NCBI RefSeq assembly: GCF_009914755.1
Contig: NC_060942.1
Reading direction: 5' to 3' (one strand)
Origin: the human T2T-CHM13v2.0 reference genome, Homo sapiens
Length of the DNA stretch: 64,000 nt
The notes beneath the pieces are model-generated. The model was given only the letters and a program-made list of their open reading frames with translations, ran no database searches and was not told the origin of the DNA. The position numbers were made by a program, and so were the translations under genes. This document shows positions 1-13,739 of this stretch, piece by piece. Numbering within the stretch: position 1 is the stretch's first letter; every line of letters begins with the position of its first letter.

Positions 1-488
1 CAAAATGACTCACAGAATTCAAAAATTACAACCTTCATCGACCATTAAGTGGAAACTTAATGAAAATAAAAATAAATGGGTAAATGGGGATGGTGACTCG
101 GGGGAAAAATAATTTTATATCTGTTCCAATTGACTCCTACCTTCTCTTTTTCATACATGTATAAATGAAGTCATAACATCTCTATTTTCCAGATTCTTAT
201 TTATCCCCTGGCTTTCCACATACATTATTTCATAAACTTGAAATTTATGAACATTAGACATCATCTTGGGGCTTGTAAAGGTGTCCTAACCATCCCACAA
301 ATGTACATGTGCACATGTGCACACATGCACACATACATACACAGATACGTAACATGGAAAGCAAAATGGCTTTCTATAGATCCTTACCACGATGTTTTCC
401 ACATTGATGGAAATTTTTTCCTATGTTAAATATTCAGCAAACTATCTCTGAATTCTATCTTTAAGGATTTGAAAAAAAGCAGCAAACT

Positions 489-932
489 GCGCCCATTAAC
501 TTGTCATTTACATTAGGTATATCTCCTAATACTATCCCTCCCCCCTCCTCCCACCCCACAACAGGCCCCGGTGTGCGATGTCCCCCTTCCTGTGTCTAAG
601 TGTTTTCATTGTTCAATTCCCACCTATGAGTGAGAACGTGAGATGTTTGGTTTTTTGTCCTTGCAATAGTTTACTGAGAATGATGGTTTCCAGCCTCATC
701 CATGTCCCTACGAAGGACATGAACTATTCCTTTTTTATGGCTGCATAGTATTCCATGGTGCATATGTGCCACATTTTCTTAATCCAGTCTATCATTGTCG
801 GACATTTGGGTTGGTTCCAAGTCTTTGCTATTGTGCACAGGTACCCTAGAACTTAAAGTACAGTAATATATATATATATAAAAGAAAAGTAAAAGCATTT
901 TATGATTTCATCCCACTGAAAAAAAGAAAAAG
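489..932. mobile_element. Short primate L1PA insertion with 5' inversion, bounded by a target-site duplication
   Basis: 489-835 is antisense L1PA 3' region, 831-865 is the sense L1 terminus (ttgtgcacaggtaccctagaacttaaagta), followed by A-rich tails. TSD aaaaaagcagcaaact at 473-488 and 933-948. Confidence 0.9.
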
Positions 933-1517
933 AAAAAAGCAGCAAACTTTTTATTTTCTGAGTGAGCATAAATACTTAAACCCATAGATGGGAGCCCAGT
1001 TAGTTCATTACCAAATTTAATGGTTTTGAAGATATCTGTCCAAAAATTGTTATAGCTGTTGGGTAAAGGAAGAGACGAGGAATGTGTGAGTGTCTAGCAT
1101 TGAGCACTGTTAAAACATCCATTAATCACATGTTAATCCTCCAATTTCTAGTCATAAGCAAAAATGCAGCACACTAGAAATGAGCCTTCTTATTAGAATT
1201 ATTAATTTGAGAATCAGTCAACTACATACTTCTGTGACATCAAAAAGGCTGAGAGAACAGTGGGTGATTGCTCAGGAAATTTATGAGACCAACATGAATA
1301 TCTTTCACATTCCACAAAAGAAATACAACAAATCCTTTGCTGACAAAGCTCTAGTCATTACAGATTTTATGTTCTCGTTTACAGAGGAAGAGCTTCTCAA
1401 GCCGGTGGTTTGTTTTATCACAGGAATGTTCTTGCAGGAGATTCACTTACAACAAAAACTTCAAGTAGATTTGGGTTGAATCCTTATTCTACCAGCTATA
1501 AGCTGTTTGCTCTTTGA

Positions 1518-1818
<301 letters not shown>

Positions 1819-2129
1819 CTTAATATGTTAATATCATTTTTTTACCTTTAAATTTCATCGTTTAGCTAGTCATTTTTTCATTCAGTGAATAAATCATTTT
1901 AAGTTCTTACTATATGCCAGAAAGAATGGTAGGCACTAAGAATATTATAAAATAAAATAAAGAAATGGCCCATGACTTCATTGTGAATAAGGACACTCAT
2001 TTCTCCCTGGTGGGATGTTCATTAAAGGAGATAGCATGTCTAAACAGTTTTCAGGTTCTGAAACATCCTGGAAATTATCTCCTCTTCTGGAAGAAATTTT
2101 CCATGGATTGTCTCTTTTGATTTCCTCCA

Positions 2130-2490
2130 AAAGCAATTACTTTAATAATAGACTCGCCTATCTGAGTTTTAACAAGACACGTAACCACCCAGCTAAAAAT
2201 GGGTTTCATGGCCTTCTTTATGGTTGTGCATGGTTGTATGACTGAGTTCTGGCCAGTGAAGGTGAGCAAAGGTGCCAATGCCATCCTCCGGCCTTGCCCA
2301 CTCACAGAATGCAGTAGAACGTGTGAGCACTCAGGGTCCTTCCCTGTTATTGCAAGCTGGGAGATGACAAGGACTTACACCCAGAGATGGAAGCCACAGG
2401 GGATAACAGTGTCACATGACCAACACTGGAATGCTCATTTCTGTTTTATTTAAGCTGCTGCATTTTGGTGTTTCTTTATTGTCACAGCTT
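2130..2490 (+). mobile_element. Probable old MaLR (MLT1-like) LTR relic
   Basis: Ends in ctcatttctgttttatttaagctgctgcattttggtgtttctttattgtcacagc, which resembles MLT1 3' ends. Boundaries are uncertain. Confidence 0.4.
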
Positions 2491-2957
2491 TGTCTGTACC
2501 CTAACTAATAAAATATGTTTTTGACACAGTTTATGCCATTATTTATTGTATTGCACACAAGAATGGACAAGTATGTGAAGATTCATCATTGAAAAATATG
2601 TTTTAACTCATTTTTGAAATTATTACAATATTGTTCAAATATATTTCTCTAATTATGTATCTTCCCCACTTAATTATTTTTATTTTGAGCCACATTATCT
2701 TATAATAATTACAATGTAAGATGAACAGCTTATGCTTCAAAGAAAAAAATGAGTATAGCCCTCTCATTTCAAGAGACGTTCAATAAAATAAAATTCTTGA
2801 AAAACAACAAAACAATAAGAGTGCTCTCCTTAGGATTTGAGTTCTTTAATATATTTTTACAATATTTTTGAAATTTCCTTAGTCTTAAGAGCACCCAGGA
2901 AGTTTTGAAATATAACAAAGTATAGAAGTGGTATTTACATAAGTCCTACATAGATAT

Positions 2958-5900
2958 CATTTTTTTCCATTTTTAATTATGGTATAATTCACATGACATA
3001 AAATTTATTTTCTTAATCATTTTAAAGTATACAACTCAATGTCATTAAACACACTTGTAATGTTGCGCAGCCATCGAACCGTACATCTCTAGAACTCTTT
3101 TAATCTTGTAAAGCTGAAATTCTATACCCATTAAATGACACCTGCCCATTCTCCTCCCTCCCTGTCCCTGGCAGCCACCACACTAATTTCCATCTCTATG
3201 ATTTTGACTACTCTATACATCACATATTAGTGAAATGATATAATATTTACCTTTTTGCAACTGGCTTATTTCACTTAGCATAAGGGCCTGAAGATTAATC
3301 CGTGTTAAAGCATGCAACAATGCCCTCAGAATTTCCTTCTTTTTAAAGGCTGAATAATATTTCATTGTATATTGTACCTCATACCTGCTTTTAAGGTTTG
3401 AGAGTGTAATACTCAGAAATGGAATTGCTAGATCATATGGTAATTCTATTTTTAATTGCTTGAGGCTCTACCATACTGTTTTTCATAGCAGTTGTACTAT
3501 TTTACATTCCCACAAGCAGTGCACAAGGGTTCCTATTTCTCTACAACCCTGCCAACACTTGTTGTTTTGTTTTTAGTGTTCCTCTTTTCAATAGCAGCCA
3601 TCCTGATAAGTATGAGGTGGTAGCTCATTGTAGTTTTGATTTTCACTTTTCTAATAATTAGGGATGTTGAACTCTTTTCTTGTACTTATTGGCCATTGTA
3701 TATCCTCTTTGGAGAAGTGTCTATTCATGTCCTTTTTCTGCTTTTGAATTAGGCTGTTTGTATTTGATGTTGAGTTTAGGAGTTCACTATGTATTGTGCA
3801 TATTAATATTTTATCAGCTATATAACTTACAAACCCTTTATTCTATAGTATGGGTTATCTTTTTACTTTGTTGGTACTTTATTTTGATGTACAATGTTTT
3901 TAAATTTTATGAAGTCAGAGGCAAATTGCCTATTTTTCCTTTTGTTACTTACCTCTTCTGTTGGTGTCATATCCAAGAAAACATTGCCAAATCTAACATC
4001 GTGAATTTTTGCCTGATGTTTTCTTCTAAGAGTTTTATAGTGTTACATCTGACATTTAAATCTTTTACCATTTTGGGTCGATTTTTTGTAGTGGTATTAA
4101 AAAGGGTCCAACTTCAACCATTTGCATGTGAATATCCAGGTTTCCCAGCACCATTTGTTGAAAAGACTGTCCTTTCTCCATTAAATCGTCTTGAAATCTT
4201 GTCAACATTATTTGACTGTATATCGCAAGGGTTTATTTCTGGGTTCCCTATTCTATTCTGTTGATTTATATCACTGTATATATGCTAGTACCACACTATT
4301 TTGATTACTGTAGCCTTATAGTAAGTTTTGAAATCAAAAAGTATGCGTCTTCCCCTTTATTCTCCTTTTTCAAAATTGTTTTGGCTATTTGGACTCCTTT
4401 AAGATTACATATGAGTTTTAGATGAGTTTTCTGTTCTAAAAAAAATCACTAGAATTTTTAATAGAGATTGCATTGAATCTGTAAAACACATTGGGTTGTA
4501 CTGACTTCTTAACAATGTTATAGTTCTTCTAGTACGTGAACACGGGCTGCGTTTCTATATATTTAAAGTCTTTAATTTCTTTTGCAGTGCTTAATTGTTT
4601 TTACTATAGAAGTCTTTTATCTCCTTGGCTCAGTTAATTTTGAAGGATTTTATTTTTTGTACTATTATAAATTGAATGCTTTTTGTAATTTCTTTTTCAG
4701 ATTGTTCATTGTTATTTTATGGAAACACAACTGATTTTTTGTGTTATTTTGCTAAATTCGTGTATTTGCTCTAAAAGGTGTTTTGGTTTTTTTGTACGTG
4801 TTTCTGTAGAATCTTTACACTTGATTTTAGCTAAAAACTGAAAAGTTATATTTACAAAATCTTAGGGTTTTATATGCATAAGACTTTATCATCTGCAAAC
4901 AATAAAATTTTACTTCTTTTTTTTCCAGTTCAGAATCCTTCTATTTCTTTTTCTTGCCTAATTGCTCTGACTAAAACTTTCAAGTACTATTAGAGTAGAA
5001 GTGTTGAAAGTGGGCATCCTTGTCTTTTTCCTGATCTTAGAGGAAAAGTCTCACCATTGGGCATTGTGTTTGCTGTGGCTTTTTCATATATGACTTTTAT
5101 TATGTTGAGATAATTTCCTTTGATTCCTAGTTTGTTGAGTATTTCTACTGAAAGGGTGTTGAATTTTGTCAAATGCTTTTTCTGCATCAATTGATGACGT
5201 GGTGGTTTTTCTTCACTTTATTAGTCTGGTGGATTACATTGATTAATTTTTGTACGTCAAATCATTTTTACCTTCCAGGAATAAATCTCACTTGGCCTTA
5301 ATATAATATATGCTGCTGAATTTGGTTTGCTAGTATTTTATTGTGGATTTTGGCATAAATATTTATAGGAGATATTGGTCTGTAGCTCTCTTTTTTTATA
5401 GTGTCTATGTCTGACTTTGGTAATAGGAAAATGCTGGCCTCATAGAATGAGTTAGGAAGTGTTCCCTCCTCTTCAGTTTTTTGAAAGATTTTAAAAAGAA
5501 CTGGTACTAATTTTTTTAATGTTTGGTAGAATTCACCTACAAACCCATGAGGTCCTGGACTTTTACTTGTTGGGGAATTTTTGATTAGTGATCAAATCTC
5601 CTAAATAGTTGCAGTTCTATTCAGATTTTCTATTGTGATTTAGTCTTGGTTGGTAGTATGTTTGTAGGAATGTGTCCATTTTATCTTTGTTATCCGATTT
5701 GTTGATGTACAGTTGTTTCTAGTACTCTGTTGTAATCCTTCTTATTTCTTTAAATCAGGAATGGTATCCCCATTTTAATTTCTCACTTCAGTAATTTGAG
5801 TCTTCTATTTTTCTTAGTTCATCAAGCCAAAGGTTTGCCAATTTGGTTTATCTTTTCAAAGAACTAGCTTTGGGTTTCATTGACATTCTCCATTTTCCTA

Positions 5901-6365
5901 TTCTCTATTTATCTCTGCTCTAGTCTTTGTTATTTCCTTCCTTCTAGCTTTGGATTTAGTTTATTATTTTTTAATTTAAGCATTTACAGCTGTAAACTTT
6001 ACCCCAGCACTACTTCTGCTGCAACTCATGTGTTTTGGTACACTGTCTTTTTATTTTCACTTGGTTCCATGTATTTTCTAATTTCCTTTGTTGTTTAAGA
6101 GTGTATTGTGTTATTTAATTTCCATACATTTGTGATTTTCCAGTTTTACTTCTGTTATTGATTTATAACTTCATCCCATTACGGCCAGAGAAGATACTTT
6201 ATATGATCTTTATCTCTCACTATGCATTGAAACTTACTTAATAGGATATGGCCTATCCTGGAAAATGGGAAGAATGTGTATGCTGTTGTTGTTAGAGTGT
6301 TCTACATATGCCTGTTAAATCTAGTTGGTTTGTTTTGTTAAGTCCTCTATTTTCTTATTTATCTT
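2958..6365 (-). mobile_element. Old L1M (L1MA/MB-like) fragment: 3' UTR and decayed ORF2
   Basis: T-rich antisense L1 sequence. ORF 4990-5190(-) reads ...[24 protein letters not shown]...[14 protein letters not shown], a decayed L1 ORF2 reverse-transcriptase segment. Confidence 0.9.
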
Positions 6366-7227
6366 ATGATTCATGCTTAACCAACAAAAAAAAATTTTAC
6401 CGAAACAAGTGATGTTCTCTCGTCTAAGATATTTTCTTAGAATACTAAACACTTCTACCAGTGATACTGCTGTTAACAATATTTTTTGGAAATTATTGTT
6501 GGCAAAGTCTTTTAGAAATTATAGCATGACCTTTTGAATTTCTTTATTGATAGAAATATTTTATCAGTGGATTTGGTTTAATACAACCAACAGTGATTCA
6601 AGGCCAAATCTTATAAGATGAGCAACAAGTTATAAAGTAACATTTCAGGGTATTTTTTAAAGAAAAGTCTAAAAATGACAAGATCATCTGTCTATTTGCA
6701 GCTTATTTTAAACTGTGTTTCTCCCTTAAATTATATACTCAAAATAGTTGGGAGTAAACAGCAGAGACATCTCTTACCTAAAGTTATTCTAGGGCTAGTT
6801 CATCTTGTCAGAAGTATAATCCCAGTCCACAGTTTTCAAAGAAGTGGGACTGGTGAGTGTCAGAAAAATATTATCACTAGTCAAAAGCATGATTGCATTT
6901 CCTCTTGTAATCTGCAAAGTGTCAGAGGAACAGTTATTCTCAGTGTTATTGCATAGGCATGGAAGTGGTAAAGAAAAAATGTTTTTGGTCACAGCTACCC
7001 TAGGATGATGGTTCTTGCAGGTTTTTAAAAGACAGAATAGGCATCAGAGATAAATTAGGGCCCTAAAATAAAAAGAAAATGAACAAAACTTTAATTAAAT
7101 TTATAATGAATTGTTATGAGAAGTGTCAGCCAGTACAGATCATAATAATAAAACAAATACCTTCTATTGAATGTTAACCCAATATCTAGTTGTTTTAAAA
7201 TATTATATCAACTATTTGATAATTATA

Positions 7228-8088
7228 ATGTCCAGAATTTACAAGAAAAAAAGCCCATTAAAAAGTGGGCAAATAATACGAACAACGCTTTTCAAAGAAG
7301 ACATACATGCAGCCAACTAGCATATGAAACAATCCTAAGCATCACTAATCATTAGAAATATGCAAATCAAAACCACAATGAGATACTGTCACACACCAGT
7401 CAGAATGGCCATCATTAAGAAGTCAAAAAATAGCAGATGCTGATGAGGTTGTGGAGAGAAAGAAACAGTTATACACTGTTAGTGAAAGTGTAAATTAGTT
7501 CAGTTATTGTGGAAAGCAATGTGACAGTTCCTCAAAGGACTTAAAAGAGAATTACCATTTGACTGAGCAATCCTATTACTGGGTATATACACAAAGAAAT
7601 ATAAATTGTTCTACCATAAAGACACATGTGTGTGTATGTTCATTGTTGTACTTACTATTCAAATAAGCAAAGACATAGAATCAACCTAAATGCCCATCCA
7701 TGGTAGACTGGATAAAGAAAATGTGGTACATATACATCGTGGAATACTATGCAGCCATAAAAAAGAATGATATGGCCTTTGCAGCATGGATGGAACTGGA
7801 AGCCATTATCCTAAGCCACTAACAGGAATAGAAAACCAAATACTACATGTTCTCACTTATAAGTGTTTGCTAAACAGTAAGAACATATGAACACAAAGAG
7901 GGCAACAGCAGACACTGAGGCCTACTTGAGGGTAAAGGGTAGGGGGAGGGAGAAGATTAGAAAAAATACCCATTGAGTACTATGCTTATTACCTGGTAAT
8001 AATAATCTGTACACCAAACCCCCGTGAATGCTGTTTACCTATATAACAAACTTGCACACGTACCCATGAACCTAAAAGTTAAAAAAAA
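7228..8088 (+). mobile_element. 5'-truncated L1P (older L1PA/L1PB-like) 3' end
   Basis: cccattaaaaagtgggcaaa...atgcaaatcaaaaccacaatgagatac...gactggataaagaaaatgtggtacatatac...cctaaaagttaaaaaaaa. Confidence 0.92.
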
Positions 8089-9574
8089 TCAACTATATAT
8101 GTATTAAATAAAAGTGATATAATTTACATTTGCAAATTACAGAAGATAAGCATATATGAAACCTAGAGAAGTTAAAAAATTTTTCAAGAATAGTAGTTGA
8201 AAATTCACTTCTAATGCTGGTGTGTCTAATCCCAATTCCACGGCCTTCCCACTCTCTTGTGCCTCCTTAGGGAGAAATCTGTCCTGAAATAATTCTGTAC
8301 TTCTGGGCCTTGATCCTCAGAACTCTGTAATACCCACTGAAAGTCAGAGACCATGTGATTTCATTAGAGTCATAACCCCTTCTAGGTTTGTAGCCCCTTT
8401 TAAGTTTGCATCTCTGTATTTTTCTCTGGCTTCATATCTTCTTCCCACTTCTCACTAAACAAAAGGCTAAAGAAAGCTGAGCCTAACCACATGTTTGCCT
8501 CTCCACAAATGAATAAGTTGCTATTCATCATTTTCTTTTGTTTGCTTTCCTTTATCAGAATTTTCCAAACATGCAGCTGTATTAAAAACTAGGTCAATTT
8601 AAAGCAATCATGCACAAAATTGTTTATTAAAATACAAATATACACCAGTAATGTTATAATTGAATGTATTTTTCTGGGACCCATAAGTCTTTTGTGCCTT
8701 TGATTTCTCTGGTTTCCTCATGTGGATAGTAATTTTTACCAAGAATTTTGCTATGAATAGATCTAGTGAATATTCCTGCGGATGCTGACATTTGGTAGCT
8801 TCTTGACTCATTTATGTTAAGTCCATTTAATTTTTTCTGTTTTTATCCCCTCTCTCTCCTCTACTCCCCCGAAATAATCCAAGTGAGCAACTAAAATGCT
8901 ACTTGATTTTCTTGAGAACTTTGGCCAGAAGCTATATTTATTTATAATCACATGTCCTAATGCTATATTGTTTGTACGACTCATTATTGTAGTTATTATT
9001 CTTTACCAGTTGTTTATTTTTACATAATTATTCTAACTTCATTTCATCATGTTTTATTAAAGCACAAGGTTAAAAATGAGTTCAGTTTTACTGTCATCTT
9101 AGAATTATCATTAATTTAATGTCCCTTTTTGTTAGTTACAATTTTTCCACCTACTCAGGTGTTCATGAGTTGAGTATATACTCAAATGCACAACAAACCC
9201 AAATTTTAGAGCACAGAATTGAAAATCATGAGTTTTTGAAAGTTTCATGAACTGAGGCAATCTTATTGCCATTGCCATGAGGAGAGAAATTGATTAGGTC
9301 ATATAGAAGGAATTGAATGAGATAAGGCAAATGCTTTATTTTTGTTATCTTCAAGTGTGATTATATGTATGCAAACTATTAAACTCCTACCCATGCTATA
9401 AAGTCATAGTATGTGTATGTACTGACTTACTTTACATTTGAATATAAAACAGATAAATAGTAACAGGAATCCTTTACACTGAATCTGCTTCATCTGCCCT
9501 TGGCATTGTCCACAGGCTGTAGCAACTACAGCAACGCCATGGGAGGCAAAGGTAAACAGAGCTTTTATGTAGGT

Positions 9575-9778
9575 GTGCTGTCCAGTGTGGAAGCTGCTGT
9601 CCATATATGGCTATTTAAATTTGAATGAATTAAATAAAATGAAAAAAAAATAGATCCACATTTCTTCTACTCACATTGTAAGTACTCAACAGCCACATGT
9701 GGCCAGTGACTACCACATTGGACAGCAATAATACAGAAAACTTCATCATCACAGAAGGTACCATGGGGCAATGCTGTT
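9575..9778. mobile_element. MER3/MER33-like hAT DNA transposon relic
   Basis: tgctgtcca...cagccacatgtggccagtgactaccacattggacagca, with internal inverted repeats typical of MER3. Confidence 0.7.
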
Positions 9779-10024
9779 TTATAGTATTTAGTAGATTGCC
9801 TTAATTGGGACTTAGCCTCTGAATAATGAAAAAAGCAGAAGCAACAGTGCACAAATAGATGACATCCAAGATTTTAAATAAATACACACATATATGCATG
9901 AAACTATGTATTATTTGTGTGAGCATCATCTAACTGGCATGCTGGGTGATTAGGTTAGCATTTAGGTAACAAAAGATGTCACCCATTGAAGACAAGATCC
10001 TGAGCAGGCTAGTTCAATGCACAC

Positions 10025-10292
10025 ATTCATACACACACGTACACACTCACATACACACAAAGTCTTAATGCTTGTTGAGTGAAAAGGCAAAATAAAAATA
10101 TAAAAGATAGTCAACCATGACATATGCTAACATACTATGATGTTAGGAGAAAATTAAATGGTATTCATACACGTACCCACACACATACACACAGTCTCAG
10201 ACACTTGTTGAGTGAAATGGCAAAATAAAAGTATAAAAGATAGTCACCATGACATATATTAACATACTGTGATGTTAGGAGAAAATTAAATG
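10025..10292 (+). repeat. Two-copy tandem duplication of about 132 bp
   Basis: 10025-10160 and 10163-10292 share cttgttgagtgaaa.ggcaaaataaaa.tataaaagatagtca...gatgttaggagaaaattaaatg. Confidence 0.92.
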
Positions 10293-10479
10293 TTGGTTAA
10301 TATTTATTACTAAAGAGTTAAAAATGCAATCTGCACTCTTCTTAAAGTGAGGTATGGTAAAGCCTCCAGATTATTTCTGTCTTGTCATTATTTCCACCTT
10401 TGCATTTCAAAGAGAATGTAAACCATTTGGGCCTACTTGCTGTCTTACTCAGTGTTTATCCTGCAGTGACCCATGGGTG

Positions 10480-10650
10480 GATTGGAAAGTAGGACAGACC
10501 TGGCTTGGAATCTGAGCACTGCTACTTAATGAGCTCTGTTTTCTCATCTCCTGAATGGGGACAATCACTGTGCCTACCTTTTAGGGTTCCTACGAAGATA
10601 AGTGCATCAGAGCACTTCAGGATTGACATCTGGTGCAGGAAGTGCTCATA
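10480..10650 (+). mobile_element. MIR fragment
   Basis: gacagacctggcttggaatctgagcactgctactt...ctctgttttctcatctcctgaatggggacaat resembles the MIR core. Confidence 0.6.
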
Positions 10651-11585
10651 AACAGGGACTCAGGTTCATATACTAACCTCTGATCTTCCTTCCTAGCCTC
10701 TCTGTATCTTTATCTTTATGATTCTTTCTGTTCATGTCTTCTGTTTTAATGCTCTGCTATGTCTTTGATCCCTTGCCCTCACTCAGAAACCCAAAGGAAT
10801 GAATATGGAGATTAAGAAAGAGAAGGCTACCAGAAAGTAAAGTAAAAGGAGAAAGGAAATGGGAAGAGGAAGGAATTACAAACATCTATAAAAAGATATG
10901 CTTCCTCTTTTTGTTCCTGACTAAAACTCATTTTGTTTTATTTTGTTCTCTTTATGCTAAAGAGTCAGTTTGACTGACTTTTTAAAATAATGATTTGTTT
11001 GCTTGAATTAACTAAATGAACAATATTTATATTTCTTAATAATTGAGTCCTTAGGTGATCATACAATGTTACCACCTTATATTTAATTCCTTTTTTTTTT
11101 TTTTTTTTTTGAGAAATGTGAACAAAAAGAGGAAAACCTGTGTGTTTGGTTATAAGGTCTCTGGTTAATTTTCTGATGTAAAGCTTTACTGAAAAATCAT
11201 TTCATTAAGTGCTCCACTTGTGAGCTGCTTGTAGTGCTTTGTAATCTAAGCATTTCTTCAGTCATTTCTCTGACTCTGAGGGCTCTCTGCCAAAGCACGG
11301 CTTACCAACTGGAGCAGGTAAGGAATGTTTATTTTGCTGTAATTGGTGACCAAAGGCTGCTCTGCATAATGGCTCAGAGGAAAACTCAGACCTTCTATTC
11401 CTGACACTATGGAGGAGAAAACCTGAACTTAAAAAGGCACTCGGGTCTTACCTATATCTTTTTTGATGAGGTGATTGCAACTGGACCTCAGCCTTGCCAT
11501 TTCTAAAATAGGGATGATCATTCCTACTCTATCTATTTTCTAACGTTGTTGAGATAATTGATACAAATATTATTTTAAAAATCAA

Positions 11586-11880
11586 GCCAGACGCGGTGAC
11601 GTGTGGCTGTAATCCCAGCACTCTGAGAGGCTGAGGCAGGCGGATCACTTGAGGTCAGGAGTTCGAGAACAACCTGGCCAACATGGTGAAACACTGTCTC
11701 TACTGAAAATCAGCCGGGCGTGTTGGTGGGTGCCTGTACTCCCAGCTACTCGGGAGACTGAGGCAGGAAAATTGCTTGAACCTAGGAGGCGGAGGTTGCA
11801 GTGAGCCAAGATAGCGCCACTGAACTCTAGCCCCGGCGAGTGAGCAAAACTGTGTCTCAAAAATAAATAAATAAATATTT
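11586..11880 (+). mobile_element. Alu (AluS-like) with shortened central linker
   Basis: Dimeric Alu with an (AAAT)n tail; the linker is reduced to tactgaaaatcagcc. Confidence 0.93.
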
Positions 11881-12639
11881 AAAAATAAACAAACAAAAAG
11901 CAAAGCACAGTATGCATGAGTTTGCTTTTTCTAAATGTGATGATGAAAGCTATCATATAAATTTGGTAGTACTCACCAACGTAGAGCCAACAATTCTAAG
12001 CAGCTTATCTCCAGTCTGAGTCTAAAGAACCCTAAGACATCTAGTTAATTCAGTGGTAACAATAGGGAAGCAATTATTTGGAAGAGTGTCTGGAGTACAC
12101 GTGCTGCTTTCCTGAGCTCCAAAGAAAGAGGCCACCATACCACAGGTTTTTTTACACAATTCTTACACCATGACCGGAGCCCAAGGCAGACAGTCATCTT
12201 TAGCTATGCTGCCCTTTCTTCCCTATATCAAATATGACAGCAGAAATATCTTTTCTCCCCTCTTGACTTCCTAATACTAGCAATAACTTTATCTCATTAT
12301 CAAACTCAAAATTTAAGAGTCACTCTTGATTTTTCCCTTTCTTCATTGAGTAACAAATTATGTTACTCACGTCCATTGTTTGCTCTTAATTTATACTTTA
12401 CCACCTCAGTTCAGGCCCCTATGGTCTTTGCCCAGACAATTGCAATAGCTTCTGTAGTATTCCTACTTTCAATATCTTTTCCACTTTCCCTGGACTGCCT
12501 AGTTCTGAGGAATCAATTTCCCTAAAAGTGCAGTTTGAAACTTGTTGAAAATCTTCTTCAACTCACATCTCTTATTCTATAAAAGGTAGATAACACAGAG
12601 GATACAAGGCTGAGCTTTAAGAATTAGACATGATACCAC

Positions 12640-12823
12640 TGTCTTAGTCTATTTTGTGATGTTATAACAGAATATCTGAGACTGGGTAATTTACAAAGAA
12701 AAGGAATTTATTTCTCACAATTCTAGAGGCTGAGAAGTCCAAGGACAAGGAGCTGCTGCATCTGGTGAGGGACTTCTTGCTACATTATCCCATGGTGGAA
12801 GGCAGAAGGACAAGAAAAGATGC

Positions 12824-12879
<56 letters not shown>

Positions 12880-13082
12880 GAAGGCCAAACTCATCCTTTT
12901 CAACAGGAACCCACTCCTGCAATAACTACTCCACTCATACAATAGCAGCATTAATCCATTCATGAGGCCAGAGCCCTTGTGACCAATCACCTCTTACATG
13001 TCCCACCTCACAACACTCTTGCACTGGTGATTAAATTTCCAACGCATGAACCTTGAGGGACACATTCAAACAAACCATAGCA
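12640..13082. mobile_element. MaLR solo LTR (MST-like) containing a (GA)n microsatellite
   Basis: TG...CA ends (tgtcttagtcta...aaaccatagca), near 5-bp TSD accac/atcac, MST-like gagactgggtaatttacaaagaaaagg. (GA)n at about 12828-12875. Confidence 0.85.
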
Positions 13083-13435
13083 ATCACCTACCTATAAAAA
13101 GAGGACACTCATCTATTCAATAAATATTTATGGAGTCCTTACTGTATGTCACACTGGATTAAGGTGAGAAATAAATGAAGTAAGGGATGGGAGGTAGTTA
13201 AAAGGCCTAATTAGGCATCCAACAAATGTTACTATTAGGAAAAAGAGAATGAGGAGGAGTTGCTGTTATTATTGTCTTCAAGTTTGATTCTAATATGCAT
13301 GACGCATCCACAATGAACTGTGCCCTTGCATTTGCTTGTTTCACTCTTTTCCCTCAGCCATTGTTCATCAAAAGATTCAGCAAAACTGCCACCTTCACAG
13401 AGAATGCTCTCTGATTCCAGAAGGCTTTGCTCTGG

Positions 13436-13739
<304 letters not shown>

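Noticed and set aside
3680-4264. 194-aa ORF on +, the longest in the track
   Set aside because: It lies on the T-rich antisense strand of an old L1. The hydrophobic composition follows from base bias and there is no recognisable domain.
4990-5190. Reverse-transcriptase-like peptide as an active RT gene or novel retro-system
   Set aside because: It is a short frameshifted remnant of L1 ORF2 inside a decayed L1M.
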